Positions 17,126 to 25,178 of a stretch of 32,000 nucleotides of DNA are shown piece by piece. The position numbers and the translations under genes were made by a program. The stretch's first letter is position 1, and each line of letters starts with the position of its first letter. Under the pieces are notes generated by a model. That model ran no database searches and was not told the DNA's origin. It saw only the letters and a list, made by a program, of their open reading frames with translations. This DNA comes from an uncultured Actinomycetes bacterium. Its GTDB lineage: Bacteria > Actinomycetota > Actinomycetes > S36-B12 > CAIYMF01. The DNA lies in assembly GCA_963843975.1 (NCBI GenBank), contig CAWJMG010000003.1, positions 1,110,001 to 1,142,000 on the forward strand. The letters are read 5' to 3'.

Positions 17126-18279
17126 GCCGCACCGCGCACGCCCTCGGCAGCCGCGCGCTCCCGCGCTGGACCCACCCCGTCGCCTGGTGGGTCTGGGCCC
17201 TCGGGCTCGCCACCGCCGTCAGCCGCACCACCAACCCGCTGCTGCTCGCACTGATCGTCGCGGTGGCCGGCTGGGTCGTGGCCCGTCGTCGCCCCGACGC
17301 GCCCTGGGCCAGGTCGTACGCGGTCTTCCTCCGGCTCGGCCTCGTGGTGATCGCGATCCGCGTGGCGTTCGCGGTGGTGCTCGGCTCGGGCGCCGGTACG
17401 ACCGTGCTCCTGCAGCTGCCCGAGATCCCGCTCCCCGACTGGTTCGCCGGCGTGAGCCTCGGCGGCCCGGTCACCCTCGAGGAGCTGCTCGCCGCCGTCT
17501 ACCAGGGCATGGTGCTCGCCGCGCTGCTCGCCTGCGTCGGCGCTGCGAACTCGCTGGCGAGCCCCGCCCGGCTACTCGCGTCGGTGCCGGCCGCGCTCTA
17601 CGAGGTGGGCGTCGCCGTCGTCGTCGCCATGACCTTCGCCCCGCAGCTCGTTCAGGACGTCGGCCGCGTGCGCACGGCTCGGCGCCTGCGCGGTCGGCCG
17701 GACCGCGGCGCCCGCGCGCTCGCGGGGTCGGTGCTGCCGGTGCTCGAGGGTGCGCTCGAGCGGGCGGTGGACCTCGCCGCGGCGATGGACTCGCGCGGCT
17801 ACGGCCGTACGGGCGCTCAGTCGCCCGCCCTGCGACGTACGTCGGCCGCACTCCTGCTGCTGGGCCTGCTCGGCATGTGCCTCGGCGTCTACGCGCTGCT
17901 CGACACGGGCACGGCCGGTGCTCTCGGCCTGCCGCTGCTCGTGCTCGGCGTGGCCGCCGGGACGATCGGCGTGCTGCTCGCGGGCCGGCGCTCGATCCGC
18001 ACGCGCTACCGCCCCGACCCGTTCGCGCTGCCCGAGTGGATCGTCGCGGGCACCGGGGTGCTCGTCGCCGTCGTCGTGGTCGCCGTCTCGATCACCGACC
18101 CCGCCGTCCTCGTCGGCCCGGTGGCGCCGCCGGCCTGGCCGGCCCTCCCCCTGCTGCCGGTCGCAGCGATCCTGCTCGCCGCCCTGCCGGGTCTCGTCAC
18201 GCCCCCGCCCCCCGGCATGATGACCGTCCAGCCCGTCCCGGCTCGTCGGGACCGCGAGCCCGAGGGGGTGGCCGCGTGA
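17122..18279 (+). CDS. ECF transporter transmembrane (T) component, CbiQ/EcfT family, with an extra C-terminal TM region (385 aa)
   Basis: The ATG at 17122 overlaps the upstream stop (ATGA), with GGGAGG upstream. The coupling-helix Arg-Gly motifs RTARRLRG and AMDSRGYG are present. There are about 3 additional TM helices after residue 270. Confidence 0.8.
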   Translation: MSRTAHALGSRALPRWTHPVAWWVWALGLATAVSRTTNPLLLALIVAVAGWVVARRRPDAPWARSYAVFLRLGLVVIAIRVAFAVVLGSGAGTTVLLQLPEIPLPDWFAGVSLGGPVTLEELLAAVYQGMVLAALLACVGAANSLASPARLLASVPAALYEVGVAVVVAMTFAPQLVQDVGRVRTARRLRGRPDRGARALAGSVLPVLEGALERAVDLAAAMDSRGYGRTGAQSPALRRTSAALLLLGLLGMCLGVYALLDTGTAGALGLPLLVLGVAAGTIGVLLAGRRSIRTRYRPDPFALPEWIVAGTGVLVAVVVVAVSITDPAVLVGPVAPPAWPALPLLPVAAILLAALPGLVTPPPPGMMTVQPVPARRDREPEGVAA

Positions 18280-19907
18280 TCCGCTTCGACGACGTCACCG
18301 TCACCTACGACGGCTCCCCCGCACCGGTGCTGAGCCACGTCGACCTCCACATTCCCGAGGGCGAGCTCGTCCTCGTCGTCGGTCGCACGGGCACCGGCAA
18401 GTCGACGCTCCTGCGCTGCGTCAACGGCCTGGTGCCGCACTTCACCGGCGGCACCCTGCGCGGCCGCGTCACCGTGGCCGGCCGCGACACGCGCACGCAC
18501 CCGCCCCGCGAGCTCGCCGACGTCGTGGGCGTCGTGCCGCAGGACCCGCTCAGCGGCTTCGTCACCGACATCGTCGAGGACGAGCTCGCCTACGGCATGG
18601 AGTCGATCGGCCTCGCACCGGACGTCATGCGTCGCCGGGTCGAGGAGACGCTCGACCTGCTCGGCCTCAACGACCTGCGCAACCGCGCGCTGCGCTCGCT
18701 GTCCGGCGGGCAGCGCCAGCGGGTGGCGATCGGCGCCGTCCTCACCACGCACCCGAAGGTGCTCGTGCTCGACGAGCCCACATCGGCCCTCGATCCCGGT
18801 GCGGCAGAAGAGGTCCTGGCCGCGCTGCAGCGGCTCGTGCACGATCTCGGCGTCACCGTGCTGCTCGCCGAGCACCGGCTCGAGCGGGTCGTGCAGTACG
18901 CCGACCGCGTCATCGTCGTCCCCGGCGGAGGCGAGCCCCTCGTCGTCGGCACGCCCGCCGAGGTGATGGTGACGGCTCCCGTCGCTCCCCCGGTGGTGGA
19001 GCTCGGGCGCCTCGCCGGGTGGTCGCCGCTGCCGCTGTCCGTGCGCGACGCCCGCCGCGCCGCCGGTCCTTTGCGCGAGCGGCTGCAGCCGCTCGTCGAG
19101 GACGCCGTCCTGCGCTCGCGCTCCTCGCTGCACGTCCTGTCCGGCACGCCGGCGGTATCCGCGCTCGACGTCGTCGTGCGCCACGGCTCGGTGGCCGCGC
19201 TCCGCGGTGTCACGGTGGCCGCGGACAAGGGCGAGATCGTCGCCGTCATGGGGCGCAACGGCGCCGGCAAGTCGACGCTGCTCTCGACCTTCGTCGGCCT
19301 CCACTCCCCCGCCGCCGGGTCGGCGACCGTGGGCGGTGCGACCTCCGCGGCCCTGCGCGGTCGAGAGCTCGTGACACGCGTGGGACTGGTGCCGCAGGAG
19401 CCCACCGACGTGCTGGTGGCCGACCGGGTGGGCGACGAGTGCGCGGCCGCCGACCGCGACTCCGGCGTCGCGCCCGGCACGGCCCGCGCGATCCTCGACC
19501 GGGTCGCACCGGGCGTGGACGACGACACGCACCCGCGCGACCTCAGCGAGGGGCAGCGCCTCGCCCTCGCCCTCGCCGTCGTCCTCGCCGCCCACCCGCC
19601 CGTGCTGCTGCTCGACGAGCCGACGCGCGGCCTGGACTACGCCGCGAAGCGGCGGCTCGTCGCCGTCCTGCGCGAGCTGGCTGCCGACGGGCACTGCGTG
19701 ATCCTCGCGACGCACGACGTCGAGCTCGCGGCAGAGGTGGCGACGCGCGTCGTCGTCCTCGCGGAGGGCGAGGTCGTCGCGGACGGCCCGGCCACCGAGG
19801 TCGTCGTGGGGTCGCCGATGTTCGCCCCGCAGGTGAGCAAGGTGCTCGCACCGCAGCCCTGGCTCACGGTGGCAGAGGTCGCCGCCGCACTGGTAGCGGC
19901 GTCGTGA
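18276..19907 (+). CDS. ECF transporter ATPase, a fused tandem A-A' protein (543 aa)
   Basis: The GTG at 18276 overlaps the upstream stop (GTGA). The first ABC cassette has GRTGTGKST / LSGGQRQRV / VLVLDEPTSALD. The second has GRNGAGKST / LSEGQRLAL / VLLLDEPTRGLD. Confidence 0.9.
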   Translation: MIRFDDVTVTYDGSPAPVLSHVDLHIPEGELVLVVGRTGTGKSTLLRCVNGLVPHFTGGTLRGRVTVAGRDTRTHPPRELADVVGVVPQDPLSGFVTDIVEDELAYGMESIGLAPDVMRRRVEETLDLLGLNDLRNRALRSLSGGQRQRVAIGAVLTTHPKVLVLDEPTSALDPGAAEEVLAALQRLVHDLGVTVLLAEHRLERVVQYADRVIVVPGGGEPLVVGTPAEVMVTAPVAPPVVELGRLAGWSPLPLSVRDARRAAGPLRERLQPLVEDAVLRSRSSLHVLSGTPAVSALDVVVRHGSVAALRGVTVAADKGEIVAVMGRNGAGKSTLLSTFVGLHSPAAGSATVGGATSAALRGRELVTRVGLVPQEPTDVLVADRVGDECAAADRDSGVAPGTARAILDRVAPGVDDDTHPRDLSEGQRLALALAVVLAAHPPVLLLDEPTRGLDYAAKRRLVAVLRELAADGHCVILATHDVELAAEVATRVVVLAEGEVVADGPATEVVVGSPMFAPQVSKVLAPQPWLTVAEVAAALVAAS

Positions 19908-20776
19908 CCGCCACCGCGCTGCCGCCGGCAGCGAACGGCACGGTCGACGTCTACGTCGTCCGCTCGGGGCGCCCCAGCGCCGTGCGCGTCGGCCGCCGCT
20001 CGCTCGTCGCGATGATCCTCGCGAGCGCCGTCGGCCTGCTCGCCTTCGCCTGGCCGCTCATGGCCCCCGCGGGGTCGGCGATCGTGGCGCACGCGGCCGA
20101 TGCCCCGTGGCTGTTCGCGGCGATGCTGCCGCTGGTCCTCGCCGTCGTCCTGGCCGAGGTGGCCGACGGCGGGCTCGACGCCAAGGGCGTCGCCCTGCTC
20201 GGCGTGCTCTCCGCCGTCGCGGCAGCCCTGCGGCCGTTCGGCAGCGGGCACGCGGGGTTCGAGCCCATGTGGATCGTGCTGGTGCTCGGTGGCCGCGCGC
20301 TCGGCCCCGGCTTCGGCTTCTGCCTCGGCTCGGTCGGCATGTTCGCCTCGGCCATGGTCACCGGCGGCGTGGGCCCGTGGCTGCCGTTCCAGATGGTCGG
20401 CGCCGCGTGGGTCGGCGTGGGTGCCGGCCTGCTTCCGCGCGCGACCGGCCGACGCGAGCTCGGACTGCTCGCCGGCTATGCGGCCTTCGCCTCGCTCGCC
20501 TACGGATTCCTGCTCAACCTGTGGTTCTGGCCGTTCATCACGGCCGACCAGGGCTTCGCCCCCGGCCTGTCGTACGTTCCCGGCGCACCGGTGCTCGAGA
20601 ACCTGCAGCACTGGATCCTGTTCAGCCTCGCCACCTCGCTCGGCTACGACATCCCGCGCGCCGTGCTCACCGTGGTGCTCGTGCTCGTCGCGGGGCGGCC
20701 GGTGCTCACCGCGCTGCGGCGAGCGTCGAGACGGGCCGCGTTCGAGGTGCCGGTTCGGTTCGAGGACGCCCGCTGA
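19904..20776 (+). CDS. ECF transporter substrate-capture (S) component, unusually large (290 aa). The substrate is inferred to be a corrinoid.
   Basis: The GTG at 19904 overlaps the upstream stop (GTGA). The protein is polytopic and Gly/Ala/Leu-rich with about 7-8 hydrophobic segments. It lacks the CbiM-type MHIxEG N-terminus. Its position completes a dedicated T-A-S set. Confidence 0.65.
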   Translation: MTATALPPAANGTVDVYVVRSGRPSAVRVGRRSLVAMILASAVGLLAFAWPLMAPAGSAIVAHAADAPWLFAAMLPLVLAVVLAEVADGGLDAKGVALLGVLSAVAAALRPFGSGHAGFEPMWIVLVLGGRALGPGFGFCLGSVGMFASAMVTGGVGPWLPFQMVGAAWVGVGAGLLPRATGRRELGLLAGYAAFASLAYGFLLNLWFWPFITADQGFAPGLSYVPGAPVLENLQHWILFSLATSLGYDIPRAVLTVVLVLVAGRPVLTALRRASRRAAFEVPVRFEDAR

Positions 20777-22188
20777 TGCAGGTGCTGATGCTCGGCACCG
20801 GCGCGGCCGACGGATGGCCGAACCCCTTCTGCACGTGCGCCTCCTGCGACTGGGCACGATCGACGGGCACCGTCCGCACCACGACCTCCGCGCTCGTCGA
20901 CGACGCACTGCTGCTCGACTGCGGACCCGACGCACCGCGCCAGGCCTCCCGCGCCGGGCGCAGCCTCGAGCAGCTGCGCGCGGTGCTCGTGACGCACGCG
21001 CACCCCGACCACCTCGATCCGTCCGCACTGCTCGCGCGCTCGTGGGCGCGACCGGCGTCGGCGCTGCAGGTCGTCGGCCCGCGCTCGGTCATGGCCGCGT
21101 GCGAGCACTGGATCGGTCCGGACGACTCCGTGGCGCTCACCGAGGTGTCGCCCGGCGACGTCCTCACGATCGACGGGTACGTCGTGCGCGTGCTCGCGGC
21201 CGCGCACGACGTCGGCCACGACCCCCTGACGGCCGACGCGGTGCTGTACGACGTCACCGCGCCCGACGGTGCGCGCCTGCTCTACGCGACCGACACCGGG
21301 CCGCTCCCGCAGGAGACCGTGGACGTGCTGCACGGCGCGGCGCTCGACCTGCTGCTCGTCGAGGAGACGTTCGGCGCCCAGGCCGACCACGGCACGGGCC
21401 ACCTCGACCTCGCGACCCTGCCGCGCGAGCTGGCTCGGCTGCGCGAGTGCGGTGCGCTCACCGGCACGACCGACGTCGTCGCCGTCCACCTGAGCCACCA
21501 CAACCCGCCGGGCCCCGAGCTCGCGCGCGTGCTGGCGCCCTGGGGAGTCCGTGTGGTCGACGACCTCGCCGAGCTGCGGGTCGGGCCGTCGGAGTCGGTG
21601 TCGCGCCCCACGACGCCGCGACGGACGCTGCTGCTGGGAGGCGCACGCTCGGGCAAGTCGCACGAGGCCGAGCGGATGCTCGCGGCCACCGCCGATGTCG
21701 AGTACGTCGCCACCGGCGGCGCCCGCGACGGCGACGCGGAGTGGGCCGAGCGCGTCGCCCTGCACCGCGCCCGTCGACCGGCCACGTGGTCGACCGTCGA
21801 GACGCTGGACGTCGCGAAGCTGCTGCAGTCGCCCGGCCCGTCGGCGGTGCTCGTCGACTGCCTCTCCCTGTGGCTCGCGGGCGTGCTCGACTCCGCCGGC
21901 ATGTGGGAGCACGCCGCAGGCTCCCCGGGCCGAGGCGAGGCGCTGTCACATGTCGACGTCGAGGTCGCTGCCCTGGTCGACGCCGTCCGGCGCACGTCGC
22001 GCACGGTCGTGCTGGTCTCCAACGAGGTCGGTAGCGGCGTCGTGCCGGAGCACGAGTCGGGCCGGCTCTACCGCGACCTGCTCGGCCGCCTCAACGCCCG
22101 CGTCGCCGCCGAGTGCGACGCTGTGTCCCTCGTCGTCGCAGGCACCGTCCTGCCCCTCACGCCCGGAAGCAGCGCAGCAGCACCGTGA
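20776..22188 (+). CDS. cobU: Fusion of a PhnP-like metallo-beta-lactamase-fold phosphodiesterase domain with adenosylcobinamide kinase / adenosylcobinamide-phosphate guanylyltransferase (CobU/CobP), 470 aa
   Basis: The N-terminal domain has LGTGAADGWPNPFCTCASCDWAR (the Cys cluster seen in E. coli PhnP), VLVTHAHPDHLD (HxHxDH), YATDTG, GHLDL and AVHLSHH. The C-terminal domain has LLLGGARSGKSHEAE (P-loop), LVDCLSLWL and VSNEVGSGVVPEHESGRLYRDLLGRLN. Confidence 0.8.
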   Translation: MQVLMLGTGAADGWPNPFCTCASCDWARSTGTVRTTTSALVDDALLLDCGPDAPRQASRAGRSLEQLRAVLVTHAHPDHLDPSALLARSWARPASALQVVGPRSVMAACEHWIGPDDSVALTEVSPGDVLTIDGYVVRVLAAAHDVGHDPLTADAVLYDVTAPDGARLLYATDTGPLPQETVDVLHGAALDLLLVEETFGAQADHGTGHLDLATLPRELARLRECGALTGTTDVVAVHLSHHNPPGPELARVLAPWGVRVVDDLAELRVGPSESVSRPTTPRRTLLLGGARSGKSHEAERMLAATADVEYVATGGARDGDAEWAERVALHRARRPATWSTVETLDVAKLLQSPGPSAVLVDCLSLWLAGVLDSAGMWEHAAGSPGRGEALSHVDVEVAALVDAVRRTSRTVVLVSNEVGSGVVPEHESGRLYRDLLGRLNARVAAECDAVSLVVAGTVLPLTPGSSAAAP

Positions 22189-23271
22189 CCCTCGACCTCG
22201 ACGCCCTCGTCGCCCGCATCGAGCTGCCGGACGACGACGCCCGCGCCGCGGCAGCGGAGCGGCAGACGCGGCTCACCAAGCCGACCGGGGCGCTCGGGCG
22301 GCTCGAGGAGCCTCTCCCTGTGGCTGTGCGCGGTGCAGGGCGTGTGCCCGCCGCGGCCGCTCGAGCGCGTGCGCGTGATCGTCCTGGCCGGCGACCACGG
22401 CGTCGCCCGCACTGCCGCCACGAGCGCGTACCCGCCCGAGGTCACCGCGCAGATGGTGCTCAACTTCCTCGCCGGCGGCGCCGCCGTGAACGTGCTCGCG
22501 CGGCAGAACGGCGCGACCGTCCGCGTCGTCGACGTCGCGGTCGACGTCGACTGGGCCGAGCTCGGCGCGACGGTGCCCGAGGACGTCGTGCGCGACAAGG
22601 TACGGCGCGGCAGCGGCTCGATCGACCGCGAGGACGCGATGACGCGCGAGGAGACGGAGGCGGCGTTCGCGCTCGGCGTCCGCATCGCCGACGAGGAGGT
22701 CGATGCCGGCGCCGACCTCCTCATCCCCGGCGACATGGGCATCGGCAACACGACGCCAGCCGCCGTCATCACCGGGCTGTACACGAACCAGGACGCCGCG
22801 TCCGTCGTCGGGCGCGGCACCGGGATCGACGACGCGACGTGGATGCGCAAGACCGCGGCGGTCCGCGACGCGATGCGTCGCGGCCGCGACGCCAAGGGCG
22901 ACCCGATCGCCCTGCTGGCGACCGTCGGCGGCGCCGACATCGCCGCCATGACCGGCCTGCTCATCGGCGCAGCCGCCCGGCGGACACCCGTGCTGCTCGA
23001 CGGCGTCGTGTCGTGCGCAGCCGCGCTGGTGGCGCAGCGGATGTCGTTCCGCGCGCGGGAGTGGTGGCTCGCCGGCCACCTGTCGACCGAGCCGTCCGCG
23101 AAGGCCGCGCTCGAGCGCCTGCGGCTCGACCCGCTCGTCGACTACGGCCTGCGCCTCGGTGAGGGCACCGGCGCCCTGATCGCGCTGCCGGTCCTGGCCG
23201 CCGCCGGCGCGACGCTCCGCGAGATGGCGACCTTCGACGAGGCCGGCGTCTCGGACAGGGAGCAGCCCTGA
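22185..23271 (+). pseudogene. cobT: Nicotinate-nucleotide--dimethylbenzimidazole phosphoribosyltransferase CobT. The frame is disrupted by one extra base at about 22311 as sequenced.
   Basis: The GTG at 22185 overlaps the cobU stop (GTGA). The first frame gives [42 protein letters not shown]. The next frame continues [16 protein letters not shown]...VLAGDHGV...GDMGIGNTT...LRLGEGTGA to the stop at 23271. The repaired length is 361 aa, as for Rv2207. Confidence 0.85.
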
Positions 23272-24080
23272 TGCCCGACTTCGTGCGCCTCGCGCTCGGC
23301 ACGTTCACGATCCTGCCGGTGCCGCCGCCGCGCACAGTGGACCGCACGACGGCGCGACGGGCGATGCTCCTCGCGCCGTTCGTCGGAGCCCTGCTCGCGA
23401 TGGTCGCCGCCGGCGTCATCCTGTTCGTCCGGCTCTCGCCGCTCGGCCACCGCACGCACATCGTCGTGACGCTCGTGGCCGCCACGCTCGCGATCGTCAC
23501 GCTCGCGGTCCTCACCCGCGGCCTCCACCTCGACGGCCTCGCGGACACCGCCGACGCGCTCGGGGTGAAGGGCGACGACGACGGCGCGCGGGAGCGCCGG
23601 CTCGCGGTGATGCGCACCCCGGAGATCGGGGCGTTCGGCGCCGTCACGCTGATCCTGGTGCTGATCGTCCAGATCCTCGCCCTCACCGCGTGCGACCTCG
23701 CCGGCCGCGGCACGGTCAGCCTGGTCACGGCCTGCGTGGTCGGCCGCCTCGCGGTGGTGTGGGCCTGCACCCGGCTCGCGCCGTCCGCCCGGCCCGACGG
23801 CCTCGGGGCCACGGTCGCCGGCACCGTGCCGGTGGTGGCCGCCGCGCTGCTCACCGTCGCCGCCGGGCTGCTCGCGGTGTGGCTCGGCCTCGGCGACGAC
23901 GACGGCGGCCGCCGGCTCGCTGCCGCGCTCGTGATCGCGACGATCGGCGGCCTCGCGGTCGGCGCCCTGGTCGTGCTCCGCGCCGTACGCCGGTTCGGCG
24001 GCATCACCGGCGACGTCCTCGGCGCCACGGTCGAGCTCACCTTCACCGCCGTCCTGCTGGCGCTCGCCCTGCTCCCCTGA
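23271..24080 (+). CDS. cobS: Adenosylcobinamide-GDP ribazoletransferase (cobalamin synthase) CobS
   Basis: The ATG overlaps the cobT stop (TGATG). It is a polytopic protein with the LHLDGLADTADAL motif. Confidence 0.85.
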   Translation: MPDFVRLALGTFTILPVPPPRTVDRTTARRAMLLAPFVGALLAMVAAGVILFVRLSPLGHRTHIVVTLVAATLAIVTLAVLTRGLHLDGLADTADALGVKGDDDGARERRLAVMRTPEIGAFGAVTLILVLIVQILALTACDLAGRGTVSLVTACVVGRLAVVWACTRLAPSARPDGLGATVAGTVPVVAAALLTVAAGLLAVWLGLGDDDGGRRLAAALVIATIGGLAVGALVVLRAVRRFGGITGDVLGATVELTFTAVLLALALLP

Positions 24081-24221
24081 CCCGCTGGTACGGCCGGGAT
24101 GTCCACGATGTGAGAGCGGACCCCCTCGTGTGGCGGAGGTCACCGTCCCAGCGGGCCCGTCGTGGCCGAGGTCACGCTCCGCCAGGCAAGGGCAGGCTCA
24201 CCTTCTTGTCAGAATTTCCCC

Positions 24222-24494
24222 ATGACTGCGACCACCGACGACATGCGCGAGTTCCAGCTCGACTTCGACGCCGAGCAGCCCGCTGCTCCGGCCGCCCCCG
24301 CCGTCCCGGCGTACCTGACCTCCGCCGCCCGCCGTCGCGCCGCCGACGCCGAGCAGGGCGACGGCTTCATCAAGGGCATGTACGCCCTCGCGATGGTCGG
24401 CCTCGTGATCTCGCTCGGTGTCTTCGGCCTCGTGACGTACGACAACTCGACCGCCCAGCTGGGCGAGCAGACGTCGGTCGCCACCACCCCGTAG
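24222..24494 (+). CDS. Small single-pass membrane protein (90 aa), hypothetical
   Basis: GC3 bias is strong from the ATG at 24222. There is one TM (MYALAMVGLVISLGVFGLVTY) and no SD. CAGAAT lies 6 nt upstream of the ATG, which suggests a leaderless transcript. Confidence 0.5.
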   Translation: MTATTDDMREFQLDFDAEQPAAPAAPAVPAYLTSAARRRAADAEQGDGFIKGMYALAMVGLVISLGVFGLVTYDNSTAQLGEQTSVATTP

Positions 24495-24529
24495 CACGCA
24501 CGCCCCGCGGCCACCCGCCGCGGCCCCAC

Positions 24530-24563
24530 GACAGGCGCCTCCCCACCCGGGACGGCGCCTGTC
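24530..24563 (+). terminator. Hairpin after the small membrane protein gene
   Basis: gacaggcgcc / 14-nt loop / ggcgcctgtc forms a 10-bp perfect stem. There is no U-tract. Confidence 0.4.
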
Positions 24564-24596
24564 GCGCGTCCGGAGGCACGGGGTCACGATGACCCC

Positions 24597-25154
24597 ATGG
24601 ACTCCTCGCTCTGGAACGACCTCGTGGTGCCCGGCATCCCGCTGCTGGAGAAGGTGCTCCGCACCGTGCTCGTGTACGTCGCGATCGCCGTTCTCCTGCG
24701 GCTCGTCGGCAAGCGCAACCTCGCCCAGCTCAACACGTTCGACCTCGTGGTCGTGCTGCTGCTGTCGAACGTCGTCCAGAACGCGATCATCGGCCCGGAC
24801 GACTCGCTGGTCGGAGGCCTCATCGGCGCCGCAGTGCTGCTCGGCATCAACGCCGGCGTCGTGCGACTGGCGGCCCGCAACGACACCCTCGCGCGGTGGA
24901 TCGACGGCAGCCCCACCGTCATCGTCCGCGACGGCGAGTACGACGACGACGCGCTGCGGAGGATGGCCCTGCGCCGAAACGACGTCGCGGACGCGCTCCT
25001 CAAGCAGGGGGCGCACGTGTCCGACGTCGCGACGGCCCAGCTCGACCCGAACGGCGCCATCACGTTCAACTACCGCGAGGGCGCGGAGCCGGCCACGAAG
25101 GCCGACATCCAGAGGCTCATCGACCGGATCGACGCCCTGGCCGCGCGGGGCTGA
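24597..25154 (+). CDS. DUF421 (YetF-like) membrane protein (185 aa)
   Basis: The N-terminal TM region has GKRNLAQLNTFDLVVVLLLSNVVQNAI. The soluble C-terminal domain has TVIVRDGEYDDDALRRMALRRNDVADALLKQG. Confidence 0.7.
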   Translation: MDSSLWNDLVVPGIPLLEKVLRTVLVYVAIAVLLRLVGKRNLAQLNTFDLVVVLLLSNVVQNAIIGPDDSLVGGLIGAAVLLGINAGVVRLAARNDTLARWIDGSPTVIVRDGEYDDDALRRMALRRNDVADALLKQGAHVSDVATAQLDPNGAITFNYREGAEPATKADIQRLIDRIDALAARG

Positions 25155-25178
25155 GCCAGACGGGTCGGTCGGGTCGGG

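Noticed and set aside
16824-18275. The N-terminal 484 codons of the 1027-aa plus-strand ORF 16824-19907. The long 5' extensions of ORFs 14576-17125, 19019-20776, 20107-22188 and 25975-28635 are similar.
   Set aside because: The upstream parts are Arg/Pro-rich junk that overlaps real genes in other frames. The genuine proteins begin at internal GTG or ATG codons that overlap the preceding stop codon.
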